This document shows, piece by piece, positions 26,398 to 36,963 of a stretch of 60,237 nucleotides of DNA. Source of the stretch: Perkinsus chesapeaki ATCC PRA-425 (taxonomy: Eukaryota > Protista > Perkinsozoa); the NCBI GenBank assembly GCA_013115145.1, contig JAAPAO010000155.1:1-60237 (forward strand), read 5' to 3'. The number at the start of each line of letters is the position of its first letter. Position 1 is the stretch's first letter. A program made the position numbers and the translations under genes. Below the pieces are notes generated by a model. That model made no database searches. It saw nothing but the letters and a program-made list of their open reading frames with translations, and was not told the DNA's origin.

Positions 26398-28957
26398 GGC
26401 TCGGTATCATGGCCATCGACTTTCATGCTTTGTATCGGCGTTATCCCGCTTCAGGTCGAAGGCGGTTAATGCCCTCTTTGCTTTCGAAAGTACAATATGG
26501 AGCTTCGGCTCTTTTTTACTTTTTGAGGATACATCCCAGCTATTCTCGCTCTTTTTTACATCATACGCGCTAATCGCGATTTTCTCCAAGAGCTTTCCTG
26601 TTGAGTTAGGAAAGGTTACAGTAGGAAGGACCCTACGAGGAATTTACGACATCCCAAGATGGAGATTCTGAGATCGTAAAGTAACCTCAGAGCGTCATCC
26701 TATTCTCCTGTTGAATATAAGTTTCCGCCGCATACCGCATCTCCATACGAAGCTCTTCAGGAGGAGGAGGAGGTAACTTCCTAAGCAGGACTTTGGCGTT
26801 ACAGCTATTACAATCAACCGGCTTTTACAACAGAAAGAAATCATCACGAGGCTCTGTTAGTTCATCGACAATGTAGGGGATGGCTAATGTCTGGACCATC
26901 ATTGCCGCGATTCATCAATTTGCGCAATTCAGGTGAAGCGAACGTGTAAGAAAACTTTACAGAGTCAATAAACGTGCCATGCGCTATCACTTCTCATCGT
27001 ATACTCCATCCACAACGCTTTATCAAGTTGCGAGCTTCCATTATAGCCCCATCTCGTAACGTTGAGGTTTGCCCCGGTTTGCAGACCCGGTAAAACCCTC
27101 ATACGTGCGGCACTGCCATAGCCCGTGGTACAGAGACTGGACAAGGCAAATGATGCACTTTTACTGGTTCTAGTCTAGAACTTCTGACAGAACTCGATGG
27201 AACGTACCATATATCGATCCTATGTGTAGGGTTGGGAATCCCAACGTGAGATACAGCTTTGTCTCCTATGCGTAGCTACAGGGGCACATGCAGGGCCTGC
27301 ATTGCAGGCTCATGCCCGGCAATGTGATGTGTCCAGTGAAGCGTCTTATCGCTGCACTCCTACGAGTTTCAAGGTCAGGCTTTTCAACGGTTTTTACTCT
27401 TCAGTAAAGAGTCTTCACGGTCTCTAGATTGTCGGCTTTCTGGTTGGTACAGTTCAATTCTTTGCATAATTTGCATAACTTTGGAGACGATAATGGATGT
27501 TGAATGTATATCAATGATACCATATCATTTAATGATGACACCTGAACTTGTAATGGATGGAACAGTCGAGTCCAAAAACGGGAAATACACCGGCAGTTGG
27601 GAGGACTTCGCCACACTGTGGGGCCAACAGTATATGGCTCCTCAACTCAGTTCTCGAGACATCCGCACCTTTGGGTGAATGTTCCACGAGCAGTGTTTAA
27701 CACACTGCAAAATGCGCGACTGCAGTCCTTACCACATGCATCATGCTGTGTCGCGCACCGCTGGGTAACGAGAAGGATTTTTAATAATACACCCCAACAC
27801 CGCTGTCTTATATGCTATTCATGCTCTTCACTAATAGTGCTCAATCATATACGCTACAACCCCTGGCAACTGCCTATACCAATCCCATGCCGCTACCGGT
27901 TAAAACACGCGGTTCCTTCGAGGAGCACAGTAATGAAGGGTGCGCGTATGTTACCTTTCCATGTTAATGGAAAGAAGTCCGACAGTGAACAATTTTTTCG
28001 ACTCAATTTCTGTACTGGTGTGCTCCTAACAAGATTCGCTCCGAAATGGGAATATTTTGAGCAAAGTGTATACAGGACAAATTATAGATTAGCCGTATGA
28101 ACCACCGAAGCCCTCAGTCTGAAGGAGAGTACGAATCTGATATCTTTTGCCAACGACTCCTTCCATCTACAAGAGTAGAGAGCATACTGCACTTAAATTC
28201 TTCGTGACGCGCGGCGGCGTGTCGCGCCACGCGACGCTTCGACCCATTATTTCTACGTTGTACTTGTCTAAGTAGGGAGATCAAATGAAAGCTGCGACTT
28301 AGGCAATTCAAACAACGGTTTTGTTTCGAACCAATAATAGGTTTTGTAATAAGTAGTATCTCATTTCAGTGCGCAACCAGTCAACTGCGAAAGAGACCAA
28401 ATAGGTACAGGCGCGCAGGGAGCACATTTACGAATTTCCTTCAACCCTACTTTTTCCACTAGCATACCTCGGGCAGAGAGCTAATTCCACTTGTTGCTTC
28501 GGCGCAGAAGCTTGCTTCCTCCGCCTCAAGACTTTTACGCGTTGTATGCGAAAATTCCTGCTGTTAGAATATGTTGAAAGGCATACACCGTTGCACTGGC
28601 GTCTTAGCTCTGGCGCGAAATGGTGAACAATAAACGCTTGCTGTGGATCACCCATTGCTTGTTTCGGGCTGAAATTTTCGTTGGACTTCCTCATACGACA
28701 TCTTCATCTGATCAAAATACGAGAAAAACTACCGAACTCGACACGTAGAACGACATTTTCCAGCGGCGGATGGCTTTCTGGCGTGGGCGCGGTCTCTCGG
28801 GAGCGTGTCCCACGAGGGCGCCGAGGCGACACGGTCTAGTCGCGTCACGCTGCAAGCTGAGTGTAACTCGTGTAAGCCATGCAGTAGTTGAGGTCTAATC
28901 TCGTTCTCCAGCGAGTTTCCAGTTCTGCCCTTTCACAGGTTTTTCATTCCTTCCTCT

Positions 28958-30145
28958 ATGAAAGCTTTGTCGTCAGTAGCAACCATTCTCCTTGTAGCAC
29001 CAGGACTTGCGGCAAGGAACGACCGCAAGGAGCCTGTTGCCAAGGATTGCAAGTCGTTTTGTGATCAATATAGTCATGGTTCTTGTACTTCCTACGGTGG
29101 CAGCTTCAAATGCCTTCCCGGGATCGACGTGTGTGAGGATCTGTTTTGGACGGACCACCGCAAGATCGAAATCTACATCGATTGGACTAAATCCTACTTA
29201 GGTATTCCGGTGAAGTGTGAGAGACCCCGGTATACCAGTGAAGCTCCGAAATCTAGTACGACTACAACCACTTATGCTCCGAAGCCTAGTACGACCCCAA
29301 CCACTTATGCTCCGAAGCCTAGAACGACCACAACCACTTATGCTCCGAAGCCTAGTACGACCACAACCACTTATGCTCCGAAGCCTAGAACGACCACGAC
29401 TACTTACACTCCAAAGCCTAGAACGACTACGACCACTTACGCTCCGAAGCCTAGAACGACTACAACTACTTATGCTCCGAAGCCTAGTACGACTACGACC
29501 ACTTACACTCCAAAGCCTAGTACGACTACGACCACTTACGCTCCGAAGCCTAGAACGACTACAACTACTTATGCTCCAAAGCCTAGTACGACTACAACCG
29601 CTGAACCTCCGGTGACCTATCCCCCGACTACTGAGCCTGATCCTGTACTCCCCCAGTGTATGTTTGAAGGCAAGCGTTTCGAGTGTCGTGATTACAAAAT
29701 TGTTCCCATATGCAGGGACCTTTATTGGACAGACTCCACCTATCGGCAGATCTGCCGTGATCTTGGTGATGGTAAATGTGGTTATGGTGATGCCAGCACG
29801 CCTGTGAGGTGCACGAGGAAGATTCCTGGCGAGCCTTATAAACCCCGTAACTCATGTGACACATTCTGTAACAAGTATGGCGATAATCGCTGTGCAAATA
29901 ACTACTATCACATCGAGTGCAGAGGTGATAATCACGTTTGTAGAGGCCTCTATACTGATGCTTATAAGTCGTCTATCTGTCTCGACCCTGTTGATGCATT
30001 CTGCGGGCTGAGAAACCGTAGTCCATTCACTATTGCTGTACCGTGCCAATCCATCTGGATCGTAGTATCAGTATTGATCGCTCCCCATTTCCTCGTGGTA
30101 GGATTTTTTGAAGAGGGGCAAGGAATGCCACCTCTTCGGGAGTAA
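28958..30145 (+). CDS. Secreted Cys-module/mucin protein, family B copy 2; linker of 10 TTTTTY(A/T)PKP(S/R) repeats; hydrophobic C-terminal extension
   Basis: Signal-like MKALSSVATILLVAPGLAA, the same modules as copy 1, and a 33-nt tandem repeat at about 29250-29600. Confidence 0.88.
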   Translation: MKALSSVATILLVAPGLAARNDRKEPVAKDCKSFCDQYSHGSCTSYGGSFKCLPGIDVCEDLFWTDHRKIEIYIDWTKSYLGIPVKCERPRYTSEAPKSSTTTTTYAPKPSTTPTTYAPKPRTTTTTYAPKPSTTTTTYAPKPRTTTTTYTPKPRTTTTTYAPKPRTTTTTYAPKPSTTTTTYTPKPSTTTTTYAPKPRTTTTTYAPKPSTTTTAEPPVTYPPTTEPDPVLPQCMFEGKRFECRDYKIVPICRDLYWTDSTYRQICRDLGDGKCGYGDASTPVRCTRKIPGEPYKPRNSCDTFCNKYGDNRCANNYYHIECRGDNHVCRGLYTDAYKSSICLDPVDAFCGLRNRSPFTIAVPCQSIWIVVSVLIAPHFLVVGFFEEGQGMPPLRE

Positions 30146-31819
30146 TTGTCCAACTCAACTCAGCGACTTCGCGCATCCAAGATCAATGCTACGCATATTA
30201 TATCACCGTCTCTTATTGAACCGTACCTGGCGTCTTAGCCACTGGTTGCAGCTCTTGCTTAAGCATCCCCTAAACGTTTGTTGTGTTCGTTATGGTGCTG
30301 GTGTAACTCTCTGGATGAGAAGACTTATTGAAGATGTTCGAAGCGCTTCACATTCACCTATCTTCTTTCATGCTTATGTTAGCCGGATATGACCGCTTGA
30401 GCACTCGTCCGCTCAATTCTACGTTTTTGTGACATCTTCCCCAAAAGACCCATCTCAGGAGGAGATCCTCCTTCAGATGAGGAGAGCGTTCTCATCTCTT
30501 GATCCTAAATGGTCATGCTCCTCGGACAAAGTGATCAATCTAAGACATGATCGTGGTTTGCGCCAATATGGTTTGAAATTGCTCTCGGCATCGGTGCGGC
30601 ATGATGCCGATGATCGGCATCTCATTCAAGGCAGTGAGTAAAGCTAGCTTTCTTGGTGAGTATACTGCTGTCGAGCCAGCTGGAGTTGAACAACGCTTCA
30701 GTAATGCAGCTATACGCCAGCCCTCCAAAGTTTAGACTCGATGCTGAGGATTCGAGCCTGAAATCAAGTGGGCACTGCGACTCGGTTAGAGCGACTCTCA
30801 GTTTACTTCTAAACGTTGTCACACGGGCAGTGAGCGGCTCCCAAAGAGTATCCGACGCCCATCACTAATAAGCACACTAATGACAAGAAGCCGATAGGAT
30901 GCTCTAGTCGTTAGGCGCATCTTGTTTAGTTCCAAGCATAAACGGCCAATAGCGTCGTAAATGTCAATCGTCCTGCAGCCTTCGGAAACATCTTTGTAGG
31001 CCCCCAGTGCTACGTGGAGCTGCAAAGATCATCTGCAGGAGAGTCCGGACTTTGTCGCACAGTGAGTCGTAGTGGATTACCGAAGAAGCACTGAAGTTCG
31101 TGTCTCACCAAGTGATGTATATGAACTATCCATGCCTCATACCCAACGAGCGTCACTCTTCGTGCTACGAGCCCTAGCATGCTGGAAACGACTTAAGCGT
31201 TAACTTTTTCACGTCCTGCACCGCTTTCATATACTGGCTTTGGCTTTGCTCGAGCTAAGCAGCCTTATACGAGTGTCGTATGCGCGACTTTGAGAAACAG
31301 AAGTGAGAAAAGGGAGGGCTCCAACGGTTCCCCAAACACGGGCGAGCTATGGCGTGACGCATAATGTGTAGCACATGATATTGTGTGTAGCGTAAAATAG
31401 CGACTACAATTCGAGGAGTGCTACTGTAGTCTGGGCTAGGTCAGACTCACTGTCGAGGTTGGTGGATCTCGCTCCCCCTAGTGCGCACCAGTGTCACACC
31501 AGATGCGGATAGTCTGAACTGACCATTGTTTTCCTGCTCCGAGAGCTAAGCTTACAACTGTGGTTGTTGCTATAGGGTTATGTGCAGTCTTAATGACTCC
31601 AAAATTCGACGCGTGCTGCCTCCGTCTCCCGTCATTCAGTATGGGTATCTTCGGCAGCATTAGATTATGCTACAGAGACTCCCTCTCTAGCGGTATGTTT
31701 GACAAACTGACAAGGCCTGCCAGGGGAGATGTGAGAATGGCTATGATCACGTGCAACATTCTGCGTCGCGCAACTGTAGAGCAGCGCGAGATAGGTAGAT
31801 TTCAGTTCTACTACTCTAT

Positions 31820-33101
31820 ATGTTCGTCAAGCTTCCCACAATAAGAGTACTTTTCTCACCAGTAGTCGTCATTGGCGTCATATTCGCCCATAGTAGCCCC
31901 GATGTGGCCAAAGATTGCAAGGCATTCTGTGATCAGCACAGCTACGGTTCTTGTACTCGCAACGGTGGTAACTTCGACTGCCATACCGAGGAGGGCGTCA
32001 ACATATGTCGACATCTATATTGGACGAATGCTAACAGAAGAGAAGTCTATATTGATTCGACAGATGCTAAAGGCTGGTATCATACAACGAGCATCCCAGT
32101 TGAATGCGTTGGGGAATCGCCTACAACTGAAGCTCCCGAGCCCGGCTCGAATACAACTGAAGCTCCCGAGCCCGGCTCGAATACAACTGAAGCTCCCGAG
32201 CCCGGCTCGAATACAACTGAAGCTCCCGAGCCCGCCGGGAATACAACTGAAGGTCCCGAGCCCGCCGGGAATACAACTGAAGGTCCCGAGCCCGCCGGGA
32301 ATACAACTGAAGCTCCCGAGCCCGGCTCGAATACAACTGAAGGTCCCGAGCCCGGCTCGAATACAACTGAAGTTCCCACTCCTCGCCCGACTACTGAAGC
32401 TCCCACTCCTTGCCCGACTACTGAAGCTCCTACTCCTTGCCCGACTACTGAAGCTCCTACTCCTTGCCCGACTACTGAAGCTCCTACTCCTCGCCCGACT
32501 ACTGNNNNNNNNNNNNNNNNNNNNNNNNNNNNNNNNNNNNNNNNNNNNNNNNNNNNNNNNNNNNNNNNNNNNNNNNNNNNNNNNNNNNNNNNNNNNNNNN
32601 NCTGAAGCTCCTACTCCTCGCCCGACTACTGAAGCTCCTACTCCTCGCCCGACTACTGAAGCTCCTACTCCTCGTCCGACTGATAAGCCTGAGCCAGTAC
32701 TCGACGAGTGTGTGTTTGAAGGCAAGCGTTTCGAGTGTCGTGATTACAAAATTGTTCCCATATGCAGGGACCTTTATTGGACAGACTCCACCTATCGGCA
32801 CATCTGCCGTGATCTTGGTGATGGTAAATGTGGTTATGGTGATGCCAGCACGCCTGTGAGGTGCACGAGGAAGATTCCTGGCGAGCCTTATAAACCCCGT
32901 AACTCATGTGACACATTCTGTAACAAGTATGGCGATAACCGCTGTGCAAATAACTACTATCACATCGAGTGCAGAGAGGACAATCACGTTTGTAGAGGCC
33001 TCTATACTGATGCTTATAAGTCGTCTATCTGTCTCGACCCTGTTGATGCATTCTGCGGGATAAGAAATCATAGTCCTTTCACTATTGCTGTACCGTGCTA
33101 A
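31820..33101 (+). CDS. Secreted Cys-module/mucin protein, family B copy 3; NTTE(A/G)PEP(GS/AG) and TTEAPTP(C/R)P repeats; interrupted by an assembly gap
   Basis: N-terminus is in ORF 31820 and C-terminus in ORF 31872-33101. The same 27-nt repeat lies on both sides of the N run. Confidence 0.85.
32505..32601. other. Assembly gap (97 N) inside a 27-nt coding repeat
   Basis: Run of N characters. Confidence 1.
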
Positions 33102-33460
33102 GTCTAAATGCCGTTCGCTCTCTTCTCATTCCGTCCCCAGGATGGGACTGTGAAGGTATGTCAGCTTTCATAGCTAATGAACCTATTAACTCCCAATGAC
33201 ATCTTTTTCTGTAGTGCTACAAAGATGCCGGCGTATTAGAGCTATTTCAGAGAGGTTACCCTAGCCGAGCAACCCAGCTTCAGGCTGAGACCGTTCTTGA
33301 AAGCATCCAAGCGCTCGACACTTGTTGTGTTCACCAAGTGAGGGAGAATCTTCTCCTTCCACAAAGTTGCTTTTCTCATTACATGTAGGGCGATAACGGC
33401 ATTTTACACGTGAGCATGTTTGTACAACTAACGTGGAAACCACTCATAATGGTCACCGGA

Positions 33461-33616
33461 GTTGTGCAACGCTGTAACAAGTATGGTAATGATCGTTGCA
33501 CAAACAACTACTGTCACATAGACTACGTAGCTGATAGAAGCATTCGTCTAGACCCTTATACTGATGCTAACCAGACATCAATCTGTATCGACCTTTCTGA
33601 TGCATTTTGCGGGTGA
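33461..33616 (+). pseudogene. Orphan degenerate family B C-terminal module
   Basis: RCNKYGNDRCTNNYCHIDYVADRSIRLDPYTDANQTSICIDLSDAFCG* aligns to FCNKYGDNRCANNYYHIEC...YTDAYKSSICLDPVDAFCG but has lost Cys residues and the GLY motif. No signal peptide or linker. Confidence 0.75.
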
Positions 33617-34299
33617 AAGGGTGGAAGTTATCTACTATTCCCGAGCAGTGCTAAGTTATTACCGTACAACCGTCACGGTGGGACCGTTCGCTCCCCTTTC
33701 CCGTGGTAGAGTTTGCCTTCGCGGTGAAGGACTTGATTACCTTCTGGGTTTGGTAGCAATCAGTTGTTGTCCTACCTGTAACAGCCTGTCTATGAGTGTT
33801 GCAAAGGTCGGACTTCCCCTCCCCCCTAAACTGCAGCCGCCTGCTGCCAGCAGGAGGTTTACTCGTCTCTAAGGTGAGGCTCGTAGCCTGGGGAGAGAAC
33901 CTTGTTGTAGGGAATCTACTTGCTACCGTGTGGGTGAATACATTTAATCTCGTTCAATATCGCTCTTCTCGATTTTACTATCCACGCTTCGCACAGGTGA
34001 TGTGGCATCACCTGTCGCGATCACCCTTCCCGTGTCGTTAATTGCGGTGAATAATGTACTTCAGCATCCACATCAGAAATCCTAACGTAGCTACACTACG
34101 TACTTTTACCACTCGACTTCCAGCTACATAGACCCTGGTCTATGTAGCTTTTACAGCTAACGACTTCATGCAAGACGGGATTGTGGTCGAAGCTCCGTAC
34201 TTCATGCCTAGTCGAGGCCGTGCACGTACGAAGAATGAATAACATATTCGTCAGGGAGCTGCTGTACAGGCTCCTCCTTTCGGGAGAGTATCAGGGCGT

Positions 34300-36870
34300 G
34301 GACTGAGACCACTTCAAATAATATCTCGGGAACGCAACGGCATCTCGGGTAGACATGCGATTAGGACCTCTGCCGAGGACCCCGATTCGGTAGGATATGG
34401 CAAGCTCCCTTGTGGAGAGCCGCTTTTCGATTTCCTTTCTAGCATTGCTCGCATGCGCGGAGGATTCACTGGCGGTTAACTCAAGTACCAAGGACTCGGA
34501 ATTAGATTCTAGTCAGCAGTCCGTTCAATTGCTACACCTTCTTTAGTGGGAAGAATGAAAAGATCGGTAGCGTCGAAGTTCTCAATTGCCACGCCGCCTT
34601 CAGCAACATCTTGATTAACCACCAACGTCGCACGAACCTGAGACAGCTTTCGGCCATGAATCACGTCCACCACTGATGGGTCGAATCCACCTGAGAGTCA
34701 ATGGAGCCCCCAACTCACCAAATGCTGCATGCGAACTGGCCCCGTCTTCACACCAACAAGTGTTAGCCCTGTGAGCTCAAGCTCCTCGCCTGGTGTCAGA
34801 GTAACGACCTTCGATCCTGACCAACCGCTAAGGAAAACTCCCCAGTCTGCAGGAGGGGTGATCGTAAGCTGAACCATGACAGGCCTTTTTACACCGGCCT
34901 CCAACTTCAATAAGATTTTCAGCCGCGCAGCTTCACCAATGACAGCGACATCCTTCTCCAGGACTGCCTGAACGACTACTGTGTTCACGTAGCTGCTCAA
35001 GTGCCTTGCTGAGGGCGATCGCAAACCCACGGGACTCGGCAAGGGCCCAGACGATTCAGTACCGACCGTGGGAGTTTTAACGGGAACTTCTAGCATACCT
35101 ATAAAGTGTAAACCTGCATCCGTAGATTACTCGTGCGACACTTTTAATGAACTGTTGAGGAACTGGGAGCATCTAAGCTGAGTTATTCATCCACGGGTGC
35201 CCCGTATATACGATCTCTATACATGATAAGTCTACCGTCAAAGTTTCAGGACCAAAAGCCTCGTGAATCTTCGAGACCGAAAAACTAACAGAATCACACC
35301 TTAAAAACAGGCGGAACCTTTATTTGTTATGGAAGTAGATTAATACGACCTAATACTGCATAACTCAGAACACAATACCATTACGTTGTTCAAGCATAAT
35401 AACGACAGTTCATGAACATGTTAAGCTATCGATTGAAGCGACTGCACACCAGCTGTGTGAACTCATCTGGAGACATCCGACGAGTGTCGCCGAACCTCCC
35501 AAGGATCTCTTCGCATGGCCGGCCGCTAAGGAACGCTTCTCTAACGCCAGAGGGTATCCCCGCACTGGTGGTCGACGTCGCTCCTCTAAAAGGGAACTTC
35601 GCATCCAGTTAGCGCTCTTGATAAATCTCAAGTACTTACCGGCATCCGTGCTCAACTTCGACAACTGAGTCTTCAGCGTTGTCATTCGATATGTAATGGG
35701 TCACCGTAAACTTTGTGTTCGACGGGACAGAACAAGATTGTCCTCTATGAACTTCCTTCCTCTCGCCATGAATAACCTGCTAATGTTGTTACTCTAGATG
35801 CCCGGGCAACATCGAAGATATCCAGCACGCTTGCACATAGACAACTTCATCTACAATCATGCAAGCCGATCGTTACTCACCTTCCGAAGGGCAGTACGAG
35901 TCTCCCGAAGTTCCTCGTCAGACAATTGTTGACCAGCTCCTCCGTTGCCTTGATCACTTTGTCCAGATCTAGCCTGGTTTCGACCATTCTCGTTAGTCTG
36001 CCTACCACCGTTCTGGGACGGTTTGTTGCCGCTGGCTAGTTGGGAGTTGGTCTGTGTAGATCTCACAGGTTGACCACCACCGCTGTTCTTGCTCTGGGTA
36101 GTGGTCCTCTCCGAGCGCAAAAACCAGTCCGCGACCGGCCACCGATCGCACACGTATCGGATCGCCAAAGATATGTCAGAGAACTGTTTATTGTTGGTCA
36201 TCACTTTGGATACTTTCACACAATCAATATTGTCCCCTTCAACCCCAGCTCGATTCACTTCTGGTGGAGGCTGTATTCCTCGCCATTTGCTCGGCCTGAA
36301 TCAGAAGCAGAAGGTCCCAGGTTCGAATCTACCATCGAGGAACTTCTTCCTCAGTAGCAACCTACCCGCCGTGTTTGGTGCATTGTGCGTACACTGTTAT
36401 TCTATCATGGCCTTTCAATACATCAATTGCTTCGGGTCCACCAGAGAAGCGACAGAATCTCTTATATTGCTCGACCTGACCCCCAACTCGTACCCCTCTC
36501 CTCGACACCTCTGCTGCACCTTTTTGATCCATCCCTCGCCCAGCCCAGTCACCGGTCGCTCGGGAGTAGGCCTTGTCGGCTTTGCTGTGGTTGTAACCAT
36601 CGTTCGTCGTTTGCCGTCACATAACCATTTCACTGCTTCTTTGGCATTGCCAACTCGCGTGGTGATGAGGCGTGAAAAAACGTCGGCGCAGGACTCAAGC
36701 TCCACTGGGCCGGAACCAGTCTGCTGTTTCCGATTTGACCACCGGATAGGGAACGTCACTTTCTCAATTCTGAACATGAATCCATCGTCTCCAAAGTTAA
36801 GCAAGAGCCCTGGGCTTTTGTTATAGTCCGTCAGGCTGCCCGAAACGACAAGCTTATATTCATGTATCAA
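34300..36870 (-). CDS. Multi-exon hypothetical protein(s) or pseudogene; Q/N/G-rich segment; boundaries approximate
   Basis: Several 90-150 aa minus-strand ORFs separated by canonical short introns (e.g. gtaagtac...ttttag near 35585-35640). No family recognised with confidence. Confidence 0.4.
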
Positions 36871-36963
36871 CCCGCTCGCAAGGAGAACCCTTCCTCCGCG
36901 TCATGGGAGTTTCAAGGAAGAGCAGCAGTAAAGGGATAAAATATACAAGACCAATCAGTACTG

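Noticed and set aside
27480-27680. Papain-like fragments (DNGC, SW...WGQQYM)
   Set aside because: Motifs are in different frames and there is no QxxCGSCW or NSW; insufficient support.
32505-32601. Apparent frameshift in family B copy 3
   Set aside because: The frame change coincides with an N gap of estimated length; it is not evidence for a pseudogene or programmed frameshift.
36285-36335. tRNA-like stretch (CTGAATCAGAAGCAGAAGGTCCCAGGTTCGAATC)
   Set aside because: A B-box-like motif is present, but the T-stem, acceptor stem and D-arm do not pair.
36600-36870. RRM-like N-terminus (YKLVVSG...TGSGPVELES) and a zinc-knuckle-like CKRAGYLRCCP near 35800
   Set aside because: Key aromatic and His residues are missing and there is no in-frame ATG; cannot support either an RRM protein or a gag.
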